64,000 nt of DNA from an uncultured delta proteobacterium. GTDB lineage: Bacteria > Myxococcota_A > Polyangia > Polyangiales > Polyangiaceae. Both the position numbers and the translations under genes were made by a program. The notes below the pieces were generated by a model that worked only from the letters and a program-made list of their open reading frames with translations, had not been told where the DNA came from and ran no database searches. Positions 21,150 to 32,975 of the stretch are shown here, in pieces. How positions within the stretch are numbered: position 1 is the stretch's first letter; each line of letters starts with the position of its first letter. The stretch is taken from positions 96,001-160,000 of the forward strand of contig CAVOKF010000004.1 of the NCBI GenBank assembly GCA_963696385.1, given 5' to 3'.

Positions 21150-21296
21150 TCGCCTCCCGAGCAATATCCCGTAAGCGGAGCGCCATCGCAAGTACGGGCG
21201 CGAGGGTCGGCTCGGGAGACGATCGCTACTCGTCGATCGTCTTCAATAGCCTCCTTTTCCCGGATGAACGCATGCCATTGCGCTCGGAACCCACGC

Positions 21297-21648
21297 TCAA
21301 GCTCCGAGCACCGCCTGCACCCTGCCCCTCTCGCCCACCAGAATCTCGAACGCGCGCCCGAGACCGATCTCGGCCGCGACCGCCTTGAGCAGGGACTCGA
21401 CGGACCCCGCGCTTACGCCGCTCTTCGCCACAGCGTGCGCGACCGGTGCGTTGACGGGTGCCGCAGGCTTGGCGGCCGCCTTGCTCGCGGCCGCTTTGGC
21501 GGCTCCGTGAACGTTGTAGACGTAAGTGTCCGTGAGGGCGATGCCGGCCGCTTTGGCCTTGGCAACCACGTCTTTGGCGGACAAACAGGGGATCCGCGGA
21601 ACGTACAAAGTCGGCTTTGGTCTGCTTGGGGGCTGTTTTGGCTGTCAT
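21297..21648 (-). pseudogene. Small Lys/Ala-rich hypothetical protein, frameshift near 21590
   Basis: AGGAG RBS, MTAKTAPKQTKADFVRS, continuing in another frame as LSAKDVVAKAKAAGI..VYNV..AEIGLGRAFEIL. Confidence 0.55.
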
Positions 21649-21705
21649 CTTCAATCTCCTCGGGTGGCCAGCGTGCGGCGACCCCGTCGGATCCGCGCGG
21701 GGTGT

Positions 21706-22710
21706 TCAGCTTGTGGCGTTGCCGACGAGGGGTGCTTCACCCGACTGAATCGGTCGCCGGCCGAACAGAAGCCGTACGTCGCCCGGCTTGACTCCGAGTT
21801 CGCGTTCGAACGCGTGCCGCATGCGTTCGCAAGTCGAAAATCCACTCTGGTGGGCGACTGCCTTGAGAGGGCGCGCCGTCGTTGCAAGCAGAATTCGCGC
21901 ATGCTCGACGCGAAGGCGCTCGACCAATTTGGCGGGGGTGAGTCCCATGTTCGCAAGGCAGCGGCGGTGCAATGTGCGCTCGGAGAGTCCGGCAATCTTG
22001 GCCAGCCGCCGAACATCGAGGTCTCGCAGGCGGGTTCGCGCGATCGCCATGACCGCGCCAAACGGGTCTCCCGCTTCCGCCTGCGCCAACAAGGCTTCGC
22101 TGAATTGCGATTGAAAGCCGGGTCGTCGTGCGTAGAGCACCAACCGCGCCGCGATCCGGTCAGCGAGCGCGCGATCGAAGTCCTCTTCGACCATCGCCAG
22201 CGCCATGTCGATCCCCGTGGTCACTCCGGCAGAGGTCCAGATTCGGCCATCGCGGACGAAGATCGCATTGCGGTCGACCCGGGTCGCGGGCCGCAGTCGG
22301 GCCAGCTTGTCGCACGCCGACCAGTGGGTCGCCACACGACGCCCATCGAGCAATCCCGCAGCTGCCAAGATGAAGGCGCCCGAGCACACGGAGCCAATCC
22401 GGCGCGCGACCCGCGATGCGTGCACGAGCCACCGCAACAAGTGCTTGTCGGCGACCGCACGAACGATGGCGTCCTCTTCGCCACCGCTCACGAGGACCGT
22501 GTCCCGTGGGCGGATGCGCATTCGACCCAGCGGCACCGTTCGGACGTCAAAGCCGCAGGTCGTTCGGATGCGACGCCCGGCGCTGCTCGCCAGAACCACC
22601 CCGTACGTGGGCTCGCCGCGCTGTCGGGAGGCGGCGGCGAACACCTCGGCCGGTCCGGTGATATCGAGCGTCTGTGCCCCCGAGAACGCGACGAGAAGGA
22701 CTCGGTCCAT
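21706..22710 (-). CDS. GlxA-family regulator (DJ-1/PfpI + AraC HTH)
   Basis: LDITGPAEVF, SVCSGAF, ATHW, TSAGVTTGID, LSERTLHR, GFSTCERM. Confidence 0.92.
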   Translation of the reverse strand: MDRVLLVAFSGAQTLDITGPAEVFAAASRQRGEPTYGVVLASSAGRRIRTTCGFDVRTVPLGRMRIRPRDTVLVSGGEEDAIVRAVADKHLLRWLVHASRVARRIGSVCSGAFILAAAGLLDGRRVATHWSACDKLARLRPATRVDRNAIFVRDGRIWTSAGVTTGIDMALAMVEEDFDRALADRIAARLVLYARRPGFQSQFSEALLAQAEAGDPFGAVMAIARTRLRDLDVRRLAKIAGLSERTLHRRCLANMGLTPAKLVERLRVEHARILLATTARPLKAVAHQSGFSTCERMRHAFERELGVKPGDVRLLFGRRPIQSGEAPLVGNATS

Positions 22711-23113
22711 TGGCGAATAATACGCGCCCCCCCTTGAGCTCCGCGACCGTGACCACGAGCGCGGGGAGAGCCGAAGGACGCGCTCGCCGGCGGAGCTCAG
22801 CAGGAGCCCGGCCCGTTCCATAAGACGTTTCGAGACTGCCTCCGGAGGCGCCCGGTCCCTGGCGCGCACTGGCCCCGTCCAAGCGGCTTCGGATCCGTGG
22901 CGTACCAGTAGCCGTTGTCGAACTCGGCCGCCGTCATCTCCTTCGAGAGCCGCCCGGTCCATTTGGCCGACGCGTGTTCCGTCGACTTTGCGCCCTTGAT
23001 TTCACCCAAGCAGTCGTCTGCGTTTCTGCTTGCGGCGCGCGTCACCGCGCCAGCGAGGATCCCTGCTTGCACGGCCATCGATACGCACCTCGGTGCCGCA
23101 CGATGAGCGCCGC

Positions 23114-24196
23114 TCACGGAACTCTCGCGCACCGGAATCCACTGGCAAAATAGCGATCGGTCGGAACGTCGAAATCACGATAGGTGGACAGCATGTACGA
23201 CGCGGCGTTGGAGCCGAAGTAGCCGCCTCGTAGCACCCGTTGAGAAGACAACGTCAGGTTGGCGCAATCGGTACACGGGTTGCCATAGGCGCTCGCCCAC
23301 CAATCCAGAATCCACTGGTTCATGTTGCCAACCAGATCGAGTTGCCCCCAAAGGCCTTCGCCCTGCGTCGCCGTTCCCACTGGCGCGATGTTTGATGTGT
23401 CGCTGCAACTCTGTGCATCGCTTGGGTATTGGCAATTGTAGATGGCGTACGCGTTGCCATTCCCGGGCGCCGCGCTTCCCCAAGGGTATTCGCGTTGTTG
23501 GCTCCCACCGGCGGCCGCGTACTCCCACTCTGCCTCGCTCGGCAGAAAGCCATCGTCGAAAATGCAAAATGCGTAGGCCTCGTACCAATCGACGCAGTTC
23601 ATCGGCAGGGCTTCCTGGCTGCCCGGGGCGTCGGTCCACTCGTCGTAGCCACACGACCCGAGATTGTCAGGCGTCGGCTGAATGTGGATGTCGTCGGCCG
23701 CATCCCATCCTGTTTCGTAGCCGCCGGGGGGGGCGCTGTTGGCAAGGCCCAAGCCCGCGTTGAGATGCGTATGCTTGCCTGAGCCCGCCGCCGGCGCGAA
23801 GCCCGATCCTCCGTTCCAGGCCATCACGAACTGCCGGAACCGCCCGACGGTCACATCGTACTTGTCGAGCCGGAAGTCGCTCACGGTCGCCGGGTCGGTC
23901 AGTCCGGTTGGGGTCGAGCCGTCCGTCGCGTACGTCCGATCGTAGGAGCCGCCCTTTACCAAGAGACTCGTGCAGCAACTCTCGCTCGACGAGCCGCAGT
24001 CGGTTCGGCCAGGACCCTCGGCTCGACAGCTCGGAGGTGTGACGGGATCGATCGGGTCTGTCGACTGCGGGCTGCCCCAACATCCCGGCGAGAAGGCGAC
24101 GGCGAGCACCAGCCACGGACGCGCAACGAGCCCCCGCGGCTCGTTGGCGCGACCCCAAACCACGACTTTCGCATCCGTTGGCGCCCCGCACTTCAT
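23114..24196 (-). CDS. FGE-sulfatase (SUMF1) domain lipoprotein, paralogue of 19863-21149
   Basis: LDKYDVTVGRF, LPSEAEWEYAA, YPWG, GFRCAR; own ATG just after the true stop of the upstream reductase. Confidence 0.85.
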   Translation of the reverse strand: MKCGAPTDAKVVVWGRANEPRGLVARPWLVLAVAFSPGCWGSPQSTDPIDPVTPPSCRAEGPGRTDCGSSSESCCTSLLVKGGSYDRTYATDGSTPTGLTDPATVSDFRLDKYDVTVGRFRQFVMAWNGGSGFAPAAGSGKHTHLNAGLGLANSAPPGGYETGWDAADDIHIQPTPDNLGSCGYDEWTDAPGSQEALPMNCVDWYEAYAFCIFDDGFLPSEAEWEYAAAGGSQQREYPWGSAAPGNGNAYAIYNCQYPSDAQSCSDTSNIAPVGTATQGEGLWGQLDLVGNMNQWILDWWASAYGNPCTDCANLTLSSQRVLRGGYFGSNAASYMLSTYRDFDVPTDRYFASGFRCARVP

Positions 24197-24201
24197 GAGG
24201 C

Positions 24202-25858
24202 TCACTCGGCCAGCGCGCGATGGACGAGCTGCACGCAAACGGAGCCCTCGCCGACGGCGGAGGCGACCCGCTTGACACTCCCCGAGCGAACGTCGCCGAC
24301 GGCGAAAACGCGATGGCGGCTCGTCTCGAAAAGGAAGGGCGCGCGCGCAACCGGCCACCGGGTGCGAGACAGGTCGTCGGTGGTGGAGATCCGTTCCGGT
24401 CTTCACGAACCCCTTGTCGTCGAGTGCAACGCATTCACCGAGCCAAGCGGATTTCGGCTGGGCACCAATCATCAGGAACGCGTGCGCGATGGGATGGGGC
24501 TCTGTCCCCCTCGGGCCGCGCCATGTCACGCTCCGGAGGCGATCGTCGCCGTCGAGTGCGATAAGCTCGGTGTGAGGGTAGAGCGTGATGTTGGGCGTTT
24601 CCTCGATGCGGCGGATCAAGTAGCGGGACATGGTGTCGGCGAGGCGGGGGCCCCGGATGAGCACGTGGACGTGCCGCGCCTGCGCGGCGAGGAACACCGC
24701 GGCCTGTCCAGCGGAGTTGGCGCCCCCGACCACGGCCACCTCCTCGTCGCCGCAAAGGCGAGCCTCGGTCGTCGTCGCGGCGTAGTAGACGCCGGCCCCC
24801 TCGAAGCGAGCGAGGTTGTCGAGCGGCAGGCGCCTGTATTGAACGCCGGTCGCGATGATGATCGCGCGTGCGTGCACCGCGGTTCCATTCGACAGCCTGA
24901 TCTCGTAACCGTTCGGCCCATCACACACGAACCGCTCGGCCCGCGACACCACCGCGATCTCCGCGCCGAATTTCTCGGCCTGAGCGAGCGCACGCCCCGC
25001 GAGCTCCTGCCCCGAGATGCCCGTTGGAAAGCCAAGGTAGTTCTCGATCTTCGAACTCGTTCCCGCCTGTCCTCCCGGTGCGTCGGTTTCGAGCACGAGC
25101 ACGTCGAGCCCCTCGGACGCGGCGTAGACGGCGGCCGCGAGACCGCCAGGCCCGGCCCCGACGACCACCAGGTCGCGCACCCTTCCGGGGTCAATCGCAG
25201 CATTCAGACCGAAGCACTCCGCCACCGCCTCGTTGGAGGGGTTCTTGAGCACGATGTCTCCACGGCAGATGACGATCGGCACGTCCTCCACGCCGACTTG
25301 AAAGCGATCGAGGAGCGCCTGCACGTCAGCATCGCAATCCACGTCGACGAACGTGTACGGGTGGGCGTTGCGGGTGAGGAACTCCTGGAGCCGCAGCGTG
25401 CCCGCCGAGTGCTCCGAGCCAATGAGCGTCGCGTCGCCCAAGCCGCGTGCGATGAGCGCCACGCGCCGCAGGATGAACGCGCGCATGAGCACTTCACTGA
25501 CCTCGGAATCCTCTTGAATGAGCCGCCGGAACCCTTGCGGGCCGATGACGAGGACATCGCCATCCTCGACCATGCGTGCTCGCACGAGAGCGCGGCGGCC
25601 CGCGAGGACGCTCACTTCGCCGGTGAATTCTCCGGCGCGCTGCACGGTGATGAGCTCGTCCCCAAGGATGCCGGGCTGGACGATCTCGACGGCGCCGCTC
25701 AGGACGACATGGATGCCGAGCGCCGAGGTGCCCTGCTCGTAGAGGATCTCGCCCACGAGAGCGTGACGCCGATCGCCGTAGCGCGCGATCCGCTGGAGCT
25801 GAGCGTCGTTCAGCTTGGGGAACACCTGGTTCCGGCGCTCTGCGACGATGTCGCCCAT
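24202..25858 (-). CDS. Cyclic nucleotide-binding domain / thioredoxin-reductase-like FAD oxidoreductase (frameshift near 24387)
   Basis: cNMP domain (GEFTGE), GAGPGG, IENYLGFP, GGANSAGQ; the C terminus FAVGDVRSGSVKRVASAVGEG lies in a shifted frame ending at 24202. Confidence 0.88.
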
Positions 25859-26084
25859 GGCGCTGGATTCTGCCCCCGGCGTCCCGTCGCGAGCAAGCTC
25901 TCGGAGGGACTCTTTCGCGCTCTTCTTCGGCGTCGAGATTCGGCGGGAGAGGAGGGCAGGGCCGGCGCGAAAGTCGTGCGTGGTCTCTCGACTCGAGCGT
26001 CGAGGGGTCTGCGCGCGCGAATCCGCAGGGGATCGAGATTCTCGTGGGCGACCGAGCCGCGTACGGACTGGCTCCCGGACGGCC

Positions 26085-26993
26085 TCAACGACTCCCGACG
26101 GCGATTGCTCGCGGACCGATCGCCGCCCCGGCTTCGACGGCCTTGATCTGCGCCGCGATGTCCTCCTCGCCGAACCCGAGCGCGCGCGCGACGCCGGTCA
26201 TCTGGTGAATCGCCGCGAGCCCCGGTAAAGGCACGCGCCGAGCGGCCCCCTCGGAGAGAGCTAGGGCTTGGTCCTTGTGCAGCAGATCGATCGTGAAGTG
26301 GGTTTCGAAGTCGCGCCGCTGCATGGCGCCCCCCTTGAACGCCCAGTACGGCGAGGCGAATCCGCTCGCCTGTACGACCTCGAGGATGGTTTGGAGCGGC
26401 ACGCCTGCCCGTTCGCCGAGCACGGCGCCCTCGGCGAGCCCCTCGATCATGAAGGAGATGATCGTGTTGCCTATGAGCTTCATGACCGAGGCGGTCCCGA
26501 GCGGGCCGATGTAGATCGACCGGCTCGCAAAAACGCCGAGGAACGGCAGGCATGCGTCGAAAACGTCGCGCGAGCCTCCCGCCATGACCAGAAGAGTGCC
26601 GCCCTGTGCACCCGTCTTCGAGCCGGTGACCGGCGCTTCGAGGTAGCGCACGCCTCGCTCGGCGGCCGCGGCGCCGAGCCGCTCGGACGCCGCTCGACCG
26701 AGGGTGCTGGTTTCGATCCAAAGCGTGCCGCGTTGGGCGCCCGCGAAAAGGCCGTCCGGCCCCGCCGCCAGCGCTTCGACGACCTCGGGGGTCGAGAGCG
26801 ACGTGACGAGGACGTCGCTCTCGGCGGCCAGCTCACGCGGCGTGGCCGCGACGCGCGCTCCGTCCTGCTCGAAAGGCATGGCCGTGGCGCGTGTGCGGTT
26901 CCAGACGACGAGCGGATGACCCTTGGTGAGAAAGTTGCGGGCCATCCCGCGGCCCATCGTGCCGAGCCCAACGAAACCGATTCGCTTTTGCAT
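26085..26993 (-). CDS. NAD(P)-dependent oxidoreductase, 3-hydroxyisobutyrate dehydrogenase family
   Basis: IGFVGLGTMG, WNRT, EAPVTGS, KLIGN, LLHKD. Confidence 0.92.
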   Translation of the reverse strand: MQKRIGFVGLGTMGRGMARNFLTKGHPLVVWNRTRATAMPFEQDGARVAATPRELAAESDVLVTSLSTPEVVEALAAGPDGLFAGAQRGTLWIETSTLGRAASERLGAAAAERGVRYLEAPVTGSKTGAQGGTLLVMAGGSRDVFDACLPFLGVFASRSIYIGPLGTASVMKLIGNTIISFMIEGLAEGAVLGERAGVPLQTILEVVQASGFASPYWAFKGGAMQRRDFETHFTIDLLHKDQALALSEGAARRVPLPGLAAIHQMTGVARALGFGEEDIAAQIKAVEAGAAIGPRAIAVGSR

Positions 26994-27078
26994 GGTGCGG
27001 GCATCTTTGGCCAAGGTAGGCGCAATGGGCAAGGGGGGGTGGCCCAAGGGGCAAGGCAGCGCGGTCGGGCGTAAAGGC

Positions 27079-27908
27079 TCACGACGACGACCGCGCGATC
27101 CTCGGGTCGAGCCGACGCGCGTCCGGGTCGGTGCTCGGGATCGACCTCCATAGGCGCTTCGTGTACTCGTGCTCCGGCGCGTCGAATATCTTCTCGACGT
27201 GGCCGCGTTCGACAATCCGGCCCTTTTTCATCACGCACACGAAGTCGGCCATGTATTCGACCACGGCCAAGTTGTGGGTGATGAAAAGAAAGGACAGGCC
27301 GTGCTCGCGCTGCAGCTTCCGTAGTAGGTTCAAGACCTGGCTCTGCACCGAGACGTCCAGCGCGGACGTGGGCTCGTCCAAGACCATGAAGGTCGGCTCG
27401 ACGGACAGGGCGCGGGCGATGGCGACGCGCTGACGCTGGCCGCCCGAGAACTCGTGCGGATAGCGGTCGAGCGCTTCGGGGGGCATGTTGACATCGGCTA
27501 GGAGCGCCCTCGCGCGTGCATCGCAATCCGTTGCGCCGGCTCCGATGCCGTGGATGATCATGCCCTCGGTCAGGGTCTCGCGAACGGTCATGCGGGCGTT
27601 GAGGCTGCCGTAGGGATCCTGAAAAACGACTTGGATGTTGCGCCGCAGGGCGAGCCGCTCCCTCCGGCGGAGGCCGAGCAGGCTTCTTCCCTGGAACAGG
27701 ACGCGTCCGGAGGTCGGCTCAAGCAAGCCGAGCGCCATCAGCGCGACGGTCGATTTTCCGGACCCGGATTCGCCGACCAGCGCGAGGGTCTGACCCGGCT
27801 CGACCTCGAACGAGACGTCGTGCACGGCGACCTCGGGCGGCGACGATTTCAAGAACCCGCCGCGGGCGCGGAACTCCTTGCGCAGATTCTCGACCGCCAG
27901 GACCGGGC

Positions 27909-27912
<4 letters not shown>
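27079..27912 (-). CDS. oppF: Oligo/dipeptide ABC transporter ATP-binding protein
   Basis: GESGSGKS, FSGGQRQR, LDEPTSALD, HEYT. Confidence 0.9.
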
Positions 27913-28894
<982 letters not shown>

Positions 28895-28898
<4 letters not shown>

Positions 28899-29917
28899 TC
28901 GGTCCTCAGCCGGGGGTCGATGGCATCGCGCAAGGCGTCGGCGAGCACGTTGAGGCTAAGCACCATGACCAAGAGCGCGCCGCTCGAGAAAGCGAGATTC
29001 CACCACACCGACGGATCGCGGGTGAGCTCGTCGCGAGCCGAGTCGATCATGTTGCCCCAACTCCCGAAGTTCGACCCGACCCCTACGCCGAGGTACGCGA
29101 GGATGGTCTCGTACAAAGCGAGGCCGGAGAAAAGCAGCGTCACGCTGATGATGATGACCGGCAGCAGATTCGGCAGGATGTGCACGACAAGGATCCGGAG
29201 GTGGCTGGCGCCCAGCGCTCGGGCAGAGCGCACGTATTCGCGATCCCGGTGCTTGAGCGTCTCGCCTCGGACCAACCGGCAGAGGCCGACCCAGGACGTC
29301 AGACCCATGGCTAAGCAAATCGACGAGAGTCCCTGGCCGAGCATCAGCACCAAGGCCACGATGAGCAGGATGTCCGGAATCGAGCCAAATACCGTATAGG
29401 TATATTGAACGACGTCGTCGATGACGCCGCCGAAATAGCCCGCCGACAAGCCGAGCGTCACAGCGATGGGGACCGCCACCAGGCACGCCAAACCCCCGAT
29501 CGCGAACGCCGTGCGAAAGCCTTTGAGCACCTTGTAGAAGACGTCCTTGCCCACGCTGTCCGTGCCGAACAGGTGCCTGCCGAGCAAGCGATGCGGCGTC
29601 ACTTCGCCGACCGTGGTTCTGCCCATCGGCTCGGAGTAGGTCCTTTCGAATGGACGATTGAAGAGACGATCGACCACCGTCTTCGGTTCTTCGATGCGCG
29701 AGCCCTGCCAGGAGAGGCTGTCGAGAAATACGACCCCACCGCAAAGGGACAAAACGAAGATGGCGCCGAGTGCGCGCTTGCTGCGACCGAGCCGGCGGTA
29801 CGCCTCCGCCCAGAGGGGCTCACGGCGGCTCCGAAGCACGATCCAGACAAAAACGCCCGCGATCGAGACCGGCGGGACGTTCGCCCAGGCGTTGCCGAGC
29901 AGCAGACCAGGGCTCAC
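28895..29917 (-). CDS. oppC: Peptide ABC transporter permease
   Basis: HLFGTDSVGKD, EYVRSARALGAS, HILPN, DALRDAIDPR. Confidence 0.9.
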
Positions 29918-30855
29918 GTGAGCCTCACCCGCGGGTCGAGCACGGCATACAGGACGTCGGTCACGAGCAGGCCTGCGACGTAGAGCAGCGTGCCCAGGTA
30001 GACCATCGCCCGTACGACCGCGAAGTCCTGCGTGCCGATGGCGCCGACGAGGTAGTTGCCCAGGCCGGGGATGCCGAAAAACGACTCGAGGACCAGATTG
30101 CCGAGAATGAGGCTCGGGATGGCGGCGACCGTCGTCGTGACGACCGGAATCATCGCATTTTTCAGCACGTGCTTGAAAAGCACCACCGTCTCGCTCACGC
30201 CCTTGGCGCGCGCCGTCCGAACGTAGTCCTGGCTCGTCTCGTCGAGCAGGAAGGTTCGGTAAAGCCGGACGTAGTAGCCCGATCCGCTGGCGATCGCGAC
30301 CAAGACCGGGAGGATCATGAACCGCAGGCCGTCCGGCCCCGTCGCATAGCCGGCCAACGGTCCGTACCGAAGCATCTTGCCGAAGAAGTACTGGACGCCA
30401 ATAACGTAGACGACGATCGGGATGCTCATGAGGATCACGGCGATGCCCATCGTCGCCGCATCGACGTAGGACCCGCGCAAATAGGCGGCCACGATCGCCA
30501 ACGCCAAGCCGACCATGAGCGTGAAGCCGAACGTCAGAGCGCCGAGCTCCAACGATGGGAGTGCGCCGGCTTTGATGCGGTCGATGATCCGGTCCTTGGT
30601 CTTGTCCGATTCCCCAAAGTCGAACGTGAGCATGCTCTGCATGTGCTGCTTGAAGAGCACGGCCTTCGGCCTGTCGTAGCCGTGCTCGTGCACCCATCGG
30701 TCGATCTGCGCCGGAGTGGGGTTCTTCGCAGAGAGGTTTCGCCGGGCGAGCGTCTCGGGCGAGAAGATCATGAAGAAGAGCAGAAACGTCAAAAGAGAGA
30801 CGCCGATGAGCGTCGGGATCGTGTACAGGACTCGCCGCGCCATGTAGCGGATCAC
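29914..30855 (-). CDS. oppB: Peptide ABC transporter permease
   Basis: DYVRTARAKG, KHVLKNA, ESFFGIPGLG, LDPRV. Confidence 0.9.
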   Translation of the reverse strand: MIRYMARRVLYTIPTLIGVSLLTFLLFFMIFSPETLARRNLSAKNPTPAQIDRWVHEHGYDRPKAVLFKQHMQSMLTFDFGESDKTKDRIIDRIKAGALPSLELGALTFGFTLMVGLALAIVAAYLRGSYVDAATMGIAVILMSIPIVVYVIGVQYFFGKMLRYGPLAGYATGPDGLRFMILPVLVAIASGSGYYVRLYRTFLLDETSQDYVRTARAKGVSETVVLFKHVLKNAMIPVVTTTVAAIPSLILGNLVLESFFGIPGLGNYLVGAIGTQDFAVVRAMVYLGTLLYVAGLLVTDVLYAVLDPRVRLT

Positions 30856-32954
30856 GCTGCCTCCCCGGAGATCCGCTTGCGCACGCTGCGGTTTCGGTGC
30901 CGATGGACGGTCTGCGCCGCTGGAACGACGCCCGCGAAGGCGATGAAAGCGAAAATCGCGAGAGGCGCCCAGACCGGGCGATTCCATTCGGTCTGCAGTC
31001 TCTCGCGCTTTTCGACGTCGATACCCCGATAGTCGAGCAGGTTCGACAGAATCGGGTTGCTGTACGGGTTGCGGACCCAAGGTTGGTACATCGTCGGTCC
31101 CTCGTTTTCGCTGAGGTAGATCCACGGGCAATCTTCCACCGCGAGGTCCCGCATCCGGCGGATGATTTCATTTCGGGCGGGGCCATCGTCCATGCCGCGC
31201 ATCTGCTCGAAGAGTCTGTCGTACTCGGGATTGTGGTAGTTGGCGTTGTTGGGACCCGGCGATTCGTTCGGGCCGTAGAGCAGAAAGGCGAAGTTCTCGG
31301 CGTCGGGGTAGTCCGCGACCCACCCGTAGTTGAAGAACTGGACCTTCTTGTGGTTTGTCCGGTCGACGAACTCGGCGTACGTCGTGTCCCGCGAGGCCAC
31401 GGCAATGCCAAGCGCCTGGACCTGCTTGCGAATGAACTCTTCGCGCTGGCGGTCGCTCGGTCCGCTGTCGACGTAGTTGTCGTAATAGAGAGTCAGCCGC
31501 TCGCCCGTCGCCGTGTCGACACCGCCCGGATAGCCGGCCTCCGCCAGGAGCGTTCGCGCGCGCGTCAGGTTGGGGTCGTATTGCCGATACGGGTTTGTAT
31601 AGCTCGGATCATATCCGCCGAGGCCCCTGGGGATCAGGAAATCGGCTTTGACGCCAAGCCCCTGGTTCATGAGCTCGACGTACGACTCCGAGTCGACCGA
31701 CAGGGATATGGCCTGGCGGAGCTTGCGCTTGTCGGGCGTGTAGCCGCCGAATGTCGGATCTTGCATGTTGAACGCGAGATACTCGATCGTGGGGTAAGCG
31801 CCTTTCAGCATTTCGATGCCCCGCCGGCTCATCGAAGTGCCCGGCTTGCTCGCGTGAAGCAGCACAGGGGCGTTGGCCTGGCCCACGCTGAGCGAGTCGA
31901 GGAACCCCTGGTCGAAGAGGTTGTAGCTCGTGATCGGCTCGGTGATGATGCGGAATTCAACGCGCTTCAAGAACGGCAGCGGCTTGCCCGCATCTCGAAG
32001 AAGGGCGCGGTCGATGCCCGGCGCACCCGATGTCGGGTAGGTCGCACCGGCCGAGTTCTCGTTGTGCACGAGCACGATCCGGTCGTGCGGCGTGTATTCC
32101 GCGAGCCGGAACAGGCCGCAGCCGACCATGTGGTAGAGCGACGACTCGTTACCGTACGCGTCGACGGCCTCGCGCGCGATCGGCGTCGTGAAGTGCATCG
32201 CCATCAGGTAGCGAAGTTGTGGATAGGGCTGATTCAGCGAAACGGTGAATCGGTACGGGTTGGCAGAGTCGACCCGCACGCCGGGCATCGGCCGGTCGTA
32301 GTTCGCGGCGTCGCGGACCGCGTCGGCCTTGGACGCGCCGAAGCCGCGACTGTACTCGTCCCACCCCAGTACCTTGTCGGCCAAGTTGCTCGCGAGAGGA
32401 AACTCGACTTTCGGATCGGCCATCCTTTTGAAAGCGTAGACGACGTCGTCTGCGATCACGGGCCGACCTTTGCCGCCGGCAAAGCAGGGGTCGTTCTGAA
32501 AGCGAAGGTCGTGGCGAATCTCGAATGTCCACGTCTCGCCGTGAAACGCCACGCCCCCCGGGCCGATGCCATCGAGCGGCTGGCGTCGCGGCGCCGCGAG
32601 GCCGACGTCGAGTTCGAGCTCCCACGGGTTCTGCTTGAGAAAGTTGTAACGGAAGTACGATGGGTAGACCGGGTCCATGACCGCGGCGTCGCCGGAGTTG
32701 TAGCTGACGGACGGGTCGAAGCTCTGCGGCTCGGATCCGAACGCGAAGAAGTAGGTCGGCTCTCGATTCCAGTCCACCGGATTGGGGTTATTCGAACAGC
32801 CGGCGAGCAGAAAGGCGACCCCGATGGCCCGTTCGGCCCGGAGCGCAAGCGCGGTCGCCTGGATCGGTGCGCGGAGTTCGGACGCCACCCGCGTACGTCT
32901 ACCATCGTTGCCGTCCTGCGCCCCTCGCTTGCGGCGGTCGGGCCGCCGTCCCAC
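30852..32954 (-). CDS. oppA: Peptide ABC transporter substrate-binding lipoprotein (family 5)
   Basis: LAGC lipobox, SFDP, ADDVVYAFKR, LRQAIS, GWVADYPD; C-terminal TM segment. Confidence 0.9.
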   Translation of the reverse strand: MGRRPDRRKRGAQDGNDGRRTRVASELRAPIQATALALRAERAIGVAFLLAGCSNNPNPVDWNREPTYFFAFGSEPQSFDPSVSYNSGDAAVMDPVYPSYFRYNFLKQNPWELELDVGLAAPRRQPLDGIGPGGVAFHGETWTFEIRHDLRFQNDPCFAGGKGRPVIADDVVYAFKRMADPKVEFPLASNLADKVLGWDEYSRGFGASKADAVRDAANYDRPMPGVRVDSANPYRFTVSLNQPYPQLRYLMAMHFTTPIAREAVDAYGNESSLYHMVGCGLFRLAEYTPHDRIVLVHNENSAGATYPTSGAPGIDRALLRDAGKPLPFLKRVEFRIITEPITSYNLFDQGFLDSLSVGQANAPVLLHASKPGTSMSRRGIEMLKGAYPTIEYLAFNMQDPTFGGYTPDKRKLRQAISLSVDSESYVELMNQGLGVKADFLIPRGLGGYDPSYTNPYRQYDPNLTRARTLLAEAGYPGGVDTATGERLTLYYDNYVDSGPSDRQREEFIRKQVQALGIAVASRDTTYAEFVDRTNHKKVQFFNYGWVADYPDAENFAFLLYGPNESPGPNNANYHNPEYDRLFEQMRGMDDGPARNEIIRRMRDLAVEDCPWIYLSENEGPTMYQPWVRNPYSNPILSNLLDYRGIDVEKRERLQTEWNRPVWAPLAIFAFIAFAGVVPAAQTVHRHRNRSVRKRISGEAA

Positions 32955-32975
32955 GGGGTTAAGGCAGGGCGCCAG

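Noticed and set aside
22890..22970. Gene starting LSKEMTAAEFDNGYWYAT
   Set aside because: Resembles the start of a conserved hypothetical protein but lasts only about 20 codons; too short to call.
19863..24196. Diversity-generating retroelement targeting the two FGE-sulfatase genes
   Set aside because: No reverse transcriptase and no non-coding template repeat with adenine-specific differences seen; they look like ordinary paralogues.
23114..25858. 914-aa cNMP-reductase-FGE fusion protein
   Set aside because: Artefact of a frameshift near 24387; the reductase C terminus and stop are in another frame and the FGE gene has its own start.
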